The notes under the pieces were generated by a model, which saw only the letters and a list, made by a program, of their open reading frames with translations, searched no databases and was not told where the DNA came from. The translations under genes were made by a program, and so were the position numbers. From the IMG/VR virus record IMGVR_UViG_3300035670_008414: 64,000 nt of DNA, one strand, 5' to 3'. This stretch comes from an uncultured virus (IMG/VR IMGVR_UViG_3300035670_008414) (Duplodnaviria > Heunggongvirae > Uroviricota > Caudoviricetes). This document shows positions 10,901 through 20,843 of the stretch, in pieces (position 1 is the stretch's first letter; every line of letters begins with the position of its first letter).

Positions 10901-11088
10901 ACTATGGAACAAAGTATATTCTTATAGATACTCCAAATAAAAACACAATTGAACAATTAACTTCAATGTGGATTTCTAAAAGAGTAGAGGAAGATGGAGG
11001 TAAATATCCTAGAGGTTTATATGACCTAAAAAATAGAGTAGAAAGACAAAAACGCAAAGTAGAAAATTTGCTAAGTAATAAAAATTAA
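7930..11088 (+). CDS. Polyvalent polyprotein: DUF5824-like, DUF5661-like, ART-like modules and unknown modules
   Basis: RRGMGAYSVSHRP..AWGLARLNAF; GIKVEMEHT..IALDHL.E..YY; LLAPNGKPSNL ART module; 5 xxxGG linkers. Confidence 0.75.
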   Translation: MRIAQTPSPKKERIFGSKKNKPKSSESKYKASSIVLNPKTIASIKSIIEKHNDKFSDKKIPLATAKAVVRRGMGAYSVSHRPTIKGGKPNSRVAWGLARLNAFVYKIQKGTSKSGRYNQDDDLINELGYRVKKYAEGGKMENNIIGGKSDKKTIEDIANMHNVSIDFAKEQLEKGIKVEMEHTSDTEKAYEIALDHLFEFINYYIELEKMEEKLSKQAKSGMSNEYKGKILEKINDTIFYRYYPLNSNPFDVSDSLDNKYGKGIYFLDNPYYYQDKFKDGMLVTIKPKLKNPKLYLRKESITPNIDYSLDIIDALKDNIKNKNEFSDKLISEGYDSIIAIEPRGMYLVFLFNDPENYDVLSDKRNMMAYGGEIKPVDFVSDTITSSIEDLIAQGNYSDLTLLEALYFFKTFRNIDYGKGKFMSNDGVKGIMRNKLVNQGYINDSWLIYYETEFADNFDIDDDNYSPTEKGYKFLNAIANRHRTRKGLKEGIDLFPEFANVKEYDTRKESNKAKLDNLIGSLSKKYNDGGEVLLAPNGKPSNLTPEQYRIVRTPEFISWFGDWINSPETASKVVDENGEPLMVIHKTNLENDFYVFDKNKIGDANSFTTLNGFFFGNYEKESNNLRNILCFLSIKNPIVLNQSNTYFDSVGYQEAVQHFIQNGTTDYLVDYLEHEEYDDYEINEILDNWKYTDGVIVKNLYYDNFDIEYVVFQPEQIKLADGTNTTFDGNNPDIRYSNGGNVYFRNLANIKILNERESRTFYRRTYADGTIQEFSVLGESNSDIRYANGGQASSWEKMTSASSRFKPSETIVFDPPLIGLNGNKLTSYTWSYEMTMQPNWEGELVSKRVSDWTQAEASAETGRNLVHQYTIELPNGDIKTVSSESVPILLGYVDRTQAKAFGNLATASKTLAKQQMQLAIMEAQKKEYDEIVAKYEKELKPQIRIATLDELGWGAKIKMEEAMQKNEVPSQTFFTMGDVIIGQYNKDYYDSNYGTKYILIDTPNKNTIEQLTSMWISKRVEEDGGKYPRGLYDLKNRVERQKRKVENLLSNKN

Positions 11089-11089
11089 A

Positions 11090-13489
11090 ATGGAATTATT
11101 AGCTCCTAATGGAAAACCTAGCAATCTTACTCCTGAACAATATCATTTAGTAAGAACTCCTGAATTTATCGCTTGGTTCGGAGATTGGCTTAAACTTGCT
11201 ATGGCAAGGGTTAAAGACCCAGCTATGGATGATGTTACACTTAAAGCAATTTCTGAAAATGTTTCAAAAGTAGTTGATGAGAACGGAGAACCTTTGGTGG
11301 TTTATCATGGAACTAATAGACAATTTAATGTATTTGATTTAAAAGAAATAGGTCAAGGCACTGGCAATTTAGGGCATTATGGTTATGGTTTTTATTTTTC
11401 TAATGACATAAGGGAAGCCAAAGGTTATGGAGAAACCATTTTAAAGTGTTACCTTAATATTAGAAAGCCTTTCACTGGTACAGAAAAAGAATTTGATTTA
11501 TTAAAAAACGAAGGTTTTACAGGTATAGATGAAAAAGTTGCTTTAAGCATTGATTTTCAAGACTTATATAAAAAAATTAAGTCTGTGGACTCAAATGCTT
11601 ACAAGTTTATGCAAATAGCCAAAGAAAAAGGAATTGATAATGTTTGGAGCGAATATTTAGAATCTAATTCAAGTTCAAATAATGGCAAAATAGACTTAAA
11701 TGATTTATATGAAGTTTTAACTTATACAGATTTATTTAGTCAAAATAATTCAATTCCAAGTTATGTTTTAGATGAATTTCAATCATTTGGAATTGAACCT
11801 AAAATAAACTATGGGTATGAACACGCTCAATCTTTACATTGGGTTACGGACTTAGGAAACAACTCAAAAATTTTCACTAATTTTATAAAATCATTGAATT
11901 ATGATGGAGTAATTTATGGAAGTGAATATGTTGCATTTGAACCAAACCAAATAAAACTTGCCGATGGAACAAATACTACTTTTGATTCTAACAATCCAGA
12001 TATAAGGTATGAAAATGGAGGAATGACTTATAGGCAATATGTAGATACTCAATTTAATGAAAATGAAGATAGATATTTACCAAGTGATTATTTAGAAGAT
12101 TTTGAAATAAAATATGACACTTTAAATAATTATCCAATATTGTATAAATTTAAAGATAGATTTCAATTTAGATTAGAAAATGAAAATAATAGTTCAATAG
12201 GAGTTTTTGATGGAGATAAACAAATAGCCTATGCTGATAATAAAGTTATTGAAGTTTCCCCATTATACCAAAGGAAAGGCATCGGTTTAGAATTAGTAAC
12301 TATTTTGAAAGAAAGAAATCCAAATCATCGTTTTGGAAGCATGACCCCACAAGGTTTTAATCTTATGGGCAAATACTATGATGAAAAAATAAAGAAAAAA
12401 TTTGACAACGGAGGTAGTATTGATAACCAAAAAAATAAAGAATTAGTTGCTCAAAAAATAAAAATCAGGAATAAATTATCTAGCCTTTTAAAAACATTAG
12501 ACTATAAAACAATTGATATTCATTCTGGTAAATCAAAAGAGGATTTGTTTATCCAAAGGGTTATAGACATGATTTATAATGGATATGACTTTAAAAGCAA
12601 ACTAGATATTGAAAGAATTGCAGTTAAAGAGTTTAATTTTGAGGATGCCAAAAAGGTTAGGGAGCTTACCGAGTATGCAATTCTATTTGTAGGTAGAGAT
12701 ATTTCAAAAGAAAATGATATTAAATCTACCTATGACAAGTTAGTTTCCTTATATGCTAATCAGCCTTATTCTACTCATAGGACTGCTAAATCTATGGAAC
12801 TAGGACAATTCAGCACCCCTGCTCCAATGGCTTATTTAATGGGAGTTTATGTTGGAATAAATAAATCTGATAATAATATATTCTTAGAGCCAACAGCAGG
12901 AAATGGTATGCTAACAATTGCTGGTAATCCAAATGACTTTGTTGTTAATGAATTAGATTTTAACCGATACAATAACTTATTGAAAGATAATTATAAGGAA
13001 GTTTTAAATAAAGATGCTTCAAAACCTATTGATTATGGTTATCAATTTGATGGTTTAATAGCTAACCCTCCTTTTGCAACAACTAAAATAGACTTGTTTA
13101 TAGATAACTATAAAATAAGTGGATTAGAAAATCAAATTATAATTCGTTCTTTAGAATATTTAAAAGATAATGGTAAAGCTGCATTTATAATTGGAGGACA
13201 CACAGAGTTTGATTCAGCAGGAAGGATAAAATCAGCAAAAGACAAAACATTTTTATCTTATTTATATAGCAGATACAATCTTCAAGATGTTATAAATATT
13301 TCAGGAACTTTATACGGAAGGCAAGGCACTACATATCCAATCAGAATATTATTAATTGATGGGAAAAAACCTATTCCACAAGGTTATTATCCATTGAAAA
13401 ATGACAACCTGACTATATTTGACCCTTTTTCTGTAAAGGTTATAAATAATTTTGATGAATTATACAAAAGATTTGAAAATTTTATTTAA
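11090..13489 (+). CDS. Polyprotein: ART-like + GNAT-like + N6-adenine DNA methyltransferase (DarB-like)
   Basis: VYHGT/GFYFS/EYVAF; EVSPLYQRKGIG; GQFSTP, LEPTAGNG, ANPPF; linkers YENGG, FDNGG. Confidence 0.85.
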   Translation: MELLAPNGKPSNLTPEQYHLVRTPEFIAWFGDWLKLAMARVKDPAMDDVTLKAISENVSKVVDENGEPLVVYHGTNRQFNVFDLKEIGQGTGNLGHYGYGFYFSNDIREAKGYGETILKCYLNIRKPFTGTEKEFDLLKNEGFTGIDEKVALSIDFQDLYKKIKSVDSNAYKFMQIAKEKGIDNVWSEYLESNSSSNNGKIDLNDLYEVLTYTDLFSQNNSIPSYVLDEFQSFGIEPKINYGYEHAQSLHWVTDLGNNSKIFTNFIKSLNYDGVIYGSEYVAFEPNQIKLADGTNTTFDSNNPDIRYENGGMTYRQYVDTQFNENEDRYLPSDYLEDFEIKYDTLNNYPILYKFKDRFQFRLENENNSSIGVFDGDKQIAYADNKVIEVSPLYQRKGIGLELVTILKERNPNHRFGSMTPQGFNLMGKYYDEKIKKKFDNGGSIDNQKNKELVAQKIKIRNKLSSLLKTLDYKTIDIHSGKSKEDLFIQRVIDMIYNGYDFKSKLDIERIAVKEFNFEDAKKVRELTEYAILFVGRDISKENDIKSTYDKLVSLYANQPYSTHRTAKSMELGQFSTPAPMAYLMGVYVGINKSDNNIFLEPTAGNGMLTIAGNPNDFVVNELDFNRYNNLLKDNYKEVLNKDASKPIDYGYQFDGLIANPPFATTKIDLFIDNYKISGLENQIIIRSLEYLKDNGKAAFIIGGHTEFDSAGRIKSAKDKTFLSYLYSRYNLQDVINISGTLYGRQGTTYPIRILLIDGKKPIPQGYYPLKNDNLTIFDPFSVKVINNFDELYKRFENFI

Positions 13490-13571
13490 TAAAAATTAAA
13501 TTCTTTATTTTTGTTTGCTATATTGACAATAATTAATATACATATTTTACTAAAAAATAAATCAACTTAAA

Positions 13572-16500
13572 ATGGAAAATACAAAATTTGATGATGGTGG
13601 TATGACTACAAATGAATCATCAATGATTAATATAGAGGAATTTGGAGCAGACCCTTCTAATCCTTTGGAAGAAAAAGAAGTTCAAAATGCTGATGCTACT
13701 TCTCAGGCATACGAGCCTATATCAAAGGTTTGTGATACTGTTGATACAGTTGCACCAGTTTCTATGTTATATGAAATGAATAAATCCCTTTCAAGTATTG
13801 ATAGGAAAGTAAGGGGAGTTGATTATTTTGTAATGGAAAGGCTAGGTTATGATAACCTAATGGATTTATGCTCTGCTTTTTCAGCCGAACAAGTGGATGG
13901 AGTGGCTAATGCTATTTATCAGATTGAAAGAGGTCAAGCCTTAATTATTGGAGACCAAACAGGAATCGGAAAAGGGAGACAAGCAGCAGCTATTATCAGA
14001 TACGCAATAAAAGTTGGTAAATTACCAATATTCTTAACTCAAAAGCCAAATTTATTTTCAGACATATATAGAGATTTAATTGCTATTGGTAGCGATGATG
14101 CTATACCTATGGAATATAATGTAGGAGAATATGAGAGGGTAAGAAAAGTTACTAGTGCTTTAATAAAAGATAAAATAAAAGATGATATTGAAAATGGAGA
14201 TTTTGAATTAGAATATAATACAGAAGATTTATTTTCAAAGGAAAACAAAAAAGTATTAAATGAAGTAATCGAAGAATATAGAGAGCTTTATTTTCCCTCA
14301 TCAGTTGAAAAATATACTTCTTATAAAAAAAATAAAGAGTACCAATCTGATATAAGGGGTAAAAAAAGAATTGTTCCTTTTATAGTAAATGCTAAAAACG
14401 ATAAAACGAAGATTAAAGATGATAAGGGTAATATATTATATACTACTGAAAAAGATATTCAGACCTCTGCTTTTGATAGTATGATGTTGCCAAAGGGATA
14501 TGATGTAGTTTTACTAACATATTCTCAGATAAACAAAATGTCAAATAAGGTAACGTGGTTATCTAGTATAGCAAATGAATCTATTGTAATTATGGATGAA
14601 AGTCATACTGCTAGTGGAGAAAGTGCTACTGGTAGAATGATAGAAGGTATCATAGAAAAATCTTATGGCGTTTGTTTCTTATCTGCGACATTTGCTAAAA
14701 AGCCATCTAATATGCCTATTTATGCTATGAAAACAGCAATTAGGGATGCTGATATGGAAAAGGACAAATTAGTTCAGGCAATAAGTCAAGGTGGAGTAGC
14801 ATTACAGGAAATACTTTCTTCTCAATTAGTTTTGGAAGGTCAAATGTTAAGGAGAGAGAGGTCTTACGAAGGAGTAGTAGTAAATTACAACTACTTAGAT
14901 GATAGAATGTTAGACCGAGATGTTCCTTTACCACAATTTGATTTAAAAGAAGCTCATCAGTCAATATCAGATAAAGTTACCGATATTTTAAGAAGGATTA
15001 TAACATTTCAAAAAGAGAAAGTTAATCCTATTATCGAAAGAATGGATATTGAATATGCAGAAAGCCAAATAAGAGTAGGAGTTGAAAGACAAAATGTAGA
15101 AGGTGGTATCAGTAATTATCCCTTGTTTAGCGGAATTTTTAATCTTGTAAATCAATTGCTTTTGTCTATAAAAGCAGAAGCAGTAGCAGAATTTGCAGTA
15201 ATGAGATTAAAAGAAGGTAAAAAGGTAGTAATTGGTTTGGCTAGTACCCTTGAAAGCTTCTTAGATTATATGGTTGCTGATGAAGGAGGTAAAATAAAAA
15301 CTGATTTTGGTGTTATTTTAAGAAGAAGACTAGAAAAGACACTAGAGTACACTATGAAATTAGAAGATGGTAGTACCGAAAAGGAAGCTTTAAATTATAG
15401 TGAATACCCAGAATTACAAATAGAATATAATGAGATATTGGATGATATTGAAAATGCTTCTACTGGTATTACAATAAGTCCAATTGATGTAATAGTTAAT
15501 TACATTAAGAACGCAGGTTATGAAATTGGAGAGGTTACTGGAAGAAATAAGTATGTAGAGTTTTTAGGTAATAATTATGGAGTTATTAAGGATAGGAGAA
15601 AAGAACCTGCAAATGATTTATTTAGAAAGTTTAATAATAATGAATTAGATTGTTTAATCATTAATCAATCAGGTGCAGTTGGTGCTTCGGCTCATGCAAT
15701 AAAAACAGATAAAGTTAATGTTGTAAACTATGATTCAGAAGGAAATCCAATTATACCTACATCACTATATCCTAAAAATGAAGTTAAACAGCGAGTAATG
15801 ATTATTTTACAAGCTGAATTAGACATTAATAATGAAGTACAAAAAAGAGGTCGTATAAATAGAACTGGTCAAATATTTAAACCAATTTATGACTATGTAA
15901 TTTCATCTATACCAGCAGAGGAAAGGTTAATGATGATGTTACAAAAGAAATTAAAATCTTTGGATGCTAATACTACTTCTAATCAAAAACAATCTTCAAA
16001 AGTATTGAATGTAGTAGATTTTTTAAATGTTTATGGAGATGAAAAAGTTGCTGAATTTTTAACTAATAATCCTACATTCAATGAAATGACAGGTTCTTTA
16101 GTTAAAATTGAAGATGGAAAACTTGATACATCTTCAAACTTAGTTGATTTAGCTCATAGGGTAAGTGGTAGAGTAGCTGTTTTAAGTGTTGAAAATCAAA
16201 ATACATTTTACAAAACAGTTTCTACTGCATATATTGATAAAGAAAAACAATTAAGGTCTTTAGGAGAATGGAATTTAGAGGTTGAGAGTATAGATTTAGA
16301 AGCTAAAACTTTAAATAGAGAAGTGGTTGCTGTTGGTAATCCAGATTCAAAATCAGTATTCGGAAGTCCTGTATTTATTGAAAAATGCGAAGTAAACAAT
16401 CTTCGTAAGCCTTATAAGAAAAGCGATGTAATTACAATGATAGATGAATCATTAGTTGTTACTATGGCTGATGGAAAAAGGATGAAAATGAATCCAGATG

Positions 16501-17807
16501 AAAAAGTTAAATTCTTAAAGGATGCTTTGGCGAAAAGCATAATATCTAATATTGATGATGATAATACTTATTACGATAATAAAAAAGAGTTTAAAATAAA
16601 AGATTTAATGAATAGTCCTTCTGTATCTAAGAAAAAAGGAACAGAAAGAAAGGATTATATTGATGAAAAAACTGCTATAATTGAGGTGGAGATAAATACC
16701 TTAAAAGAAAAAAGCTCTGATTATTATAAAAGTGTATCAAATAAAATAGGGAGATTATTAGATTTTTTCAAACCTTCTAAAATAATATCATATCCTACAA
16801 GACTAGGAGAATCATTTGCTGGTATTTGTTTAGGTGTCAATGTTGATTTAAGTTTAAAAAACCCATTTGTTCCTAGTGCAATGTTTGTTAGATTTTTATT
16901 CCCTAATGGTTTAAAATATCTTAAAATAGCACTTTCGGATAGCCTATTAGACAGTATTATAGGAAATACAATGACTTCTGAATATTCTTATAGTGATGAA
17001 ACTGATTTTAAACTATTTGTGGAAAGCTGGGATAATTTAACTAAGGAAAGTAGTTTTAATAGAGTAGAAAGATACATTGTTACTGGTAACATATTAAAGG
17101 CTTATAATAATCCTGAATTTATGTATGGTGGTAAATTAGTTTCATACACTACTATAAATAAGGAAGTTAAAAAGGGAATCTTGTTAAATGATAATTACAA
17201 AAAAACAGGACAAGATTATGTAAGTGTACCTTTAAAATCAGCAGTAAGATTTATTAAAAAAGGTTCAGGTTCAATTAAATTGTCTAATAATATTAGTATT
17301 ATAATAGTTAATGGAGGTTTTAAATTAATAATACCTGCAAAAAGTAAATTGTTAAAAGATAAAGATTTAATAGAATTAACAGTAAATAATGACATTAAAA
17401 AAGAATCAGGATATTACACAGGCAATTTTTATGATGAATCTCTTGAAAATGTAATAGACATTTTATGGAATAAGTATAAATTATATGTTCTAATTCCTGC
17501 TTCTAATTTTGAAGTTATAAAAGACCAATTTGATATTGAATATAGAGACTTTGCAACTAAAGATGGAGTAGAGGAATTACTTCAAAAAATGAATAAAGAT
17601 TACGATGATTACGAAAGAGAGCAAAGCTTTGTAAAAATAGATGAATCTGAATTAAATAAAATGGATGAACTTGAAAAAGAAGTCTATGATTTAAGAAAGA
17701 GAAATGCTGAGTTAGATTTACAAAGGAGACTATATAAAGTATATGCTTCATTAGGTCGTGAAATCGAGAAAAGAAAAAGAGAAAAAGAAAAATCACAATC
17801 TAATTAA
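13572..17807 (+). CDS. Strawberry-notch-family SF2 helicase (DarB-like helicase moiety)
   Basis: GDQTGIGKGRQ, MDESH, SAT, QKRGRINRTGQ, LKSLDANT; N-terminal KFDDGG. Confidence 0.9.
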   Translation: MENTKFDDGGMTTNESSMINIEEFGADPSNPLEEKEVQNADATSQAYEPISKVCDTVDTVAPVSMLYEMNKSLSSIDRKVRGVDYFVMERLGYDNLMDLCSAFSAEQVDGVANAIYQIERGQALIIGDQTGIGKGRQAAAIIRYAIKVGKLPIFLTQKPNLFSDIYRDLIAIGSDDAIPMEYNVGEYERVRKVTSALIKDKIKDDIENGDFELEYNTEDLFSKENKKVLNEVIEEYRELYFPSSVEKYTSYKKNKEYQSDIRGKKRIVPFIVNAKNDKTKIKDDKGNILYTTEKDIQTSAFDSMMLPKGYDVVLLTYSQINKMSNKVTWLSSIANESIVIMDESHTASGESATGRMIEGIIEKSYGVCFLSATFAKKPSNMPIYAMKTAIRDADMEKDKLVQAISQGGVALQEILSSQLVLEGQMLRRERSYEGVVVNYNYLDDRMLDRDVPLPQFDLKEAHQSISDKVTDILRRIITFQKEKVNPIIERMDIEYAESQIRVGVERQNVEGGISNYPLFSGIFNLVNQLLLSIKAEAVAEFAVMRLKEGKKVVIGLASTLESFLDYMVADEGGKIKTDFGVILRRRLEKTLEYTMKLEDGSTEKEALNYSEYPELQIEYNEILDDIENASTGITISPIDVIVNYIKNAGYEIGEVTGRNKYVEFLGNNYGVIKDRRKEPANDLFRKFNNNELDCLIINQSGAVGASAHAIKTDKVNVVNYDSEGNPIIPTSLYPKNEVKQRVMIILQAELDINNEVQKRGRINRTGQIFKPIYDYVISSIPAEERLMMMLQKKLKSLDANTTSNQKQSSKVLNVVDFLNVYGDEKVAEFLTNNPTFNEMTGSLVKIEDGKLDTSSNLVDLAHRVSGRVAVLSVENQNTFYKTVSTAYIDKEKQLRSLGEWNLEVESIDLEAKTLNREVVAVGNPDSKSVFGSPVFIEKCEVNNLRKPYKKSDVITMIDESLVVTMADGKRMKMNPDEKVKFLKDALAKSIISNIDDDNTYYDNKKEFKIKDLMNSPSVSKKKGTERKDYIDEKTAIIEVEINTLKEKSSDYYKSVSNKIGRLLDFFKPSKIISYPTRLGESFAGICLGVNVDLSLKNPFVPSAMFVRFLFPNGLKYLKIALSDSLLDSIIGNTMTSEYSYSDETDFKLFVESWDNLTKESSFNRVERYIVTGNILKAYNNPEFMYGGKLVSYTTINKEVKKGILLNDNYKKTGQDYVSVPLKSAVRFIKKGSGSIKLSNNISIIIVNGGFKLIIPAKSKLLKDKDLIELTVNNDIKKESGYYTGNFYDESLENVIDILWNKYKLYVLIPASNFEVIKDQFDIEYRDFATKDGVEELLQKMNKDYDDYEREQSFVKIDESELNKMDELEKEVYDLRKRNAELDLQRRLYKVYASLGREIEKRKREKEKSQSN

Positions 17808-17816
17808 TAAATAATT

Positions 17817-20807
17817 ATGACCCCTAAATTTGAAAAAAACGAAGCAATTAAATTTGTTTCAACTGTTGAGGGCAGATATACTTTAGGAGATGAAGGTAGG
17901 ATTGATAGTTCATACGATAATGGTAAGGGAGAGTTTTTTTATGTAATTAAGTCGGCAGGAGTATCTATTCCAGATGTTCCTGAATCTGATATTGAAGCGG
18001 TTTATTCTGGTATTGAAAAGAACGTAGATGCTTATTTAAGGACTAATGAAGCCGAAAAGAAATTTCAAGACAGTGATGTAAGGATTGGAGGTACTAGAAA
18101 AGAAATGGCTGCTTTTAAAGGTTTAATTAAATTATCAGACCTTTCTAATATTGAAGTAGATAGTGTAACAGCCGAAAAATTAATTAAAAAAGACAAAGTA
18201 TATCCTAAGATAAATTATAATGAACAAATAGAAAAAGGAGTTTCTGCTGGAACATTGTATTTAAAAGATAAACTAAGGGAATCAGTTATTTCTGAACCTA
18301 AAGGTAGCAAAGAAATTAGAGCTATGTATGTTGGTTTAATTGAATGGTTGGTTGAATTAGTAGAAGATACAAAGGATATTAATAGTCTTAAAGAAAATTT
18401 CAGTTACTTCTATAAGGGTTCTTTGAGAAAAGCTATTTTAATTGCTAATCCTGATTTGGAATACATATTACTTTCTGAGAAAAAACATTACGATGATTTT
18501 ACGGAAAAATTGCCAGAGTTTAGAGCTAAAGTAGATGAGTTTGATAATTTAATGACAAAAATTAGAAATGAAAACTTTGGATTAAATTTTTTTGAATTAA
18601 GAGAATTAGAAGAATATAAAAAAGTCGAAGAAGAATATAAGTATTGGAGAAAAATGGTTGATTTAGCTTGGAGCTATAAGTCTAATCAGATTCTACCAAT
18701 AGAATATAAATTCTTACAGCAAATACAGATAAATGATTACAAAAAAGGAAAGACAAATATTTTAGGAAGTGAAAAAACCTACTCTGATGAAGATTACATA
18801 AAACAATTTACCGATGGAGTAAAGCATAAACTATTAAGCTCAGTATTTGGAGATAAATTTTATGATTTTATAAGGCAAATTGAAAGTAGAGATTTTGTAG
18901 AAAAGGCATACTCACAAGCTTTTTTATATGAACCATATTCTCAGGATGAATATGAATTAGCCTATGAAAATTTTATAAAACCAAAAGAAATAAAATTTAA
19001 AAAATATCAAGAGTGGGTTAATTTTTTATCTGATGAGGATAAATCATTAAAAGAAAAGATTGAATATGCTCATAAAAATACTGATATGGGTGGTTGGCAT
19101 TATGGTAATTCTTCTTCAAATAATTTTAACAAACTATATAATAAAGGAGATATTCAAGAAATGTCCATTTTTATTAGGAGAATGGTATCTAATAATGGTG
19201 GTTATATAAATGAATTGAATGAATCTAAAAATGAATTAGAACAACAGCAAGAAAAATATAAAGTAAGGGAAAACGATTATAGTTGGATTGAAGATAAAGG
19301 CTCTAAAAATAAAGATAAAAAAACAAAACCAAAATCAGAGTTAAAAATAAATACAGCAACTCCTTTAAGTCATATTAAAAGAATAGGAGGTATTGCAGTA
19401 TTCGATGAAGATTTAGACGATGGAGAAAAATTACTTTCATTCTACAAGCAAAATTTAGGCATTACTAGGATTACTTATGGTAAGACATTACCAGATAACG
19501 AGAGATTAGCTCATTCTAAACATTTTTTTGCTTCTCTTATTGACTTATCTGAAACTCTAAATTTTGATGTAAAGAGTTTTGTTGGATTAGGTGGATTAGG
19601 CATTATGTTTGCAGCATCAGGTACAGCAGGAGCTATGGCTCACTATGACCCAACAACAATTGCACTAAATTTAACTAGAGGTAGAGGGGATGGAACTGTT
19701 GCTCATGAAATGGCTCACTATATAGATAATATGTTAGCTAAGATTTTTCCAAAAGACCAAGAAACTAAAAAAAGAAGTTCAGTTTATGGTTCTTATATAG
19801 TTGAGCAAAAACTAAGATATGGAACAAATTTAACTCAAAATATTTCAAATGAGAATATTTATTCTGCTATGAAGTCTTTGATGTTATTTATAAGAAAAGG
19901 AGTTCCAATTAAGTCTGATGGTACTTTTGATTTAAGTGAGGAAGCAAAGAAAAATCCAATAATGGAAAAAATGCTTCCACTATTAGATACATTTATTAAA
20001 TCAATGTTTGAAACGGAAATACCTATTATTATTCAAGCTAGTCCAGAATCAGCTAGTAATAAAAAGATGCTATCTAGGAGACATGGGGTAACTATTGAAG
20101 ATGAAATAGAATACCAAAAGCTAAATTATCCTGATTACTTTTCATACAATTATTATATGTCTGAAAAAAGAGTAAGTGATTTATTTACTGCTATTGCTAA
20201 TACTTATGGAGTTCCTTCCTATGAAATAACATTAAATAACAAACCAAGAAAGGCATATTACTATACTCAAAACTATACAAATACTAACTTTTATTTAAGA
20301 AGTAGTATGATGAAAAGTGAGTATTGGACTTTTGATTGGGAATTATTTGCAAGGGGATTTGAAACCTATGTTTTCGATAAAATGGCTAAGTTTGGTAGAG
20401 AAAATAATTATCTAGTTAGTGGAGGTTATTTTGACAGACCAGAAGGGGTATATCCTTTTGGTATAGAAAGAGATATATTATACATTCTATATGACAATCT
20501 TATTGATACAATAAAGAATGAACTGCAAATACCAGATTTCACTCCGTTTAGAACTCAAAGATTAAATGAGTATATTGAAATTAACAATGATGATACTGAA
20601 AAGAGAAAGGTAATTGTGGATGAATCTACTTCTGCTGTAATAGATGCTCCAGATGAAAACTCAGAACGTAAAACTTTAGTTTCAAATAAGTTGCAATCAC
20701 TTATAAATATGCTTACAAAAGAAAAATTTGAAGATGGAGGGGAAATTAGCGATATGGATTTAATGAAAAATTTGTTTAACTTTACTCAAAATAATTTGGC
20801 TAATTAA
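17817..20807 (+). CDS. Large polyvalent protein with zincin-like HExxH and LPD1 domain
   Basis: RIGGTRKE; AHEMAHYIDN; YW...ELFARGFETYV...NNYLV...YP.G.ER; C-terminal KFEDGG. Confidence 0.8.
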   Translation: MTPKFEKNEAIKFVSTVEGRYTLGDEGRIDSSYDNGKGEFFYVIKSAGVSIPDVPESDIEAVYSGIEKNVDAYLRTNEAEKKFQDSDVRIGGTRKEMAAFKGLIKLSDLSNIEVDSVTAEKLIKKDKVYPKINYNEQIEKGVSAGTLYLKDKLRESVISEPKGSKEIRAMYVGLIEWLVELVEDTKDINSLKENFSYFYKGSLRKAILIANPDLEYILLSEKKHYDDFTEKLPEFRAKVDEFDNLMTKIRNENFGLNFFELRELEEYKKVEEEYKYWRKMVDLAWSYKSNQILPIEYKFLQQIQINDYKKGKTNILGSEKTYSDEDYIKQFTDGVKHKLLSSVFGDKFYDFIRQIESRDFVEKAYSQAFLYEPYSQDEYELAYENFIKPKEIKFKKYQEWVNFLSDEDKSLKEKIEYAHKNTDMGGWHYGNSSSNNFNKLYNKGDIQEMSIFIRRMVSNNGGYINELNESKNELEQQQEKYKVRENDYSWIEDKGSKNKDKKTKPKSELKINTATPLSHIKRIGGIAVFDEDLDDGEKLLSFYKQNLGITRITYGKTLPDNERLAHSKHFFASLIDLSETLNFDVKSFVGLGGLGIMFAASGTAGAMAHYDPTTIALNLTRGRGDGTVAHEMAHYIDNMLAKIFPKDQETKKRSSVYGSYIVEQKLRYGTNLTQNISNENIYSAMKSLMLFIRKGVPIKSDGTFDLSEEAKKNPIMEKMLPLLDTFIKSMFETEIPIIIQASPESASNKKMLSRRHGVTIEDEIEYQKLNYPDYFSYNYYMSEKRVSDLFTAIANTYGVPSYEITLNNKPRKAYYYTQNYTNTNFYLRSSMMKSEYWTFDWELFARGFETYVFDKMAKFGRENNYLVSGGYFDRPEGVYPFGIERDILYILYDNLIDTIKNELQIPDFTPFRTQRLNEYIEINNDDTEKRKVIVDESTSAVIDAPDENSERKTLVSNKLQSLINMLTKEKFEDGGEISDMDLMKNLFNFTQNNLAN

Positions 20808-20843
20808 TTTGCCTATATTGTTTATTTAAAAAAAAAATATAAA

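Noticed and set aside
6003..12022. Near-identical DNA segments as a diversity-generating retroelement TR/VR pair
   Set aside because: No reverse transcriptase in the window; differences are not adenine-specific; all copies are coding.
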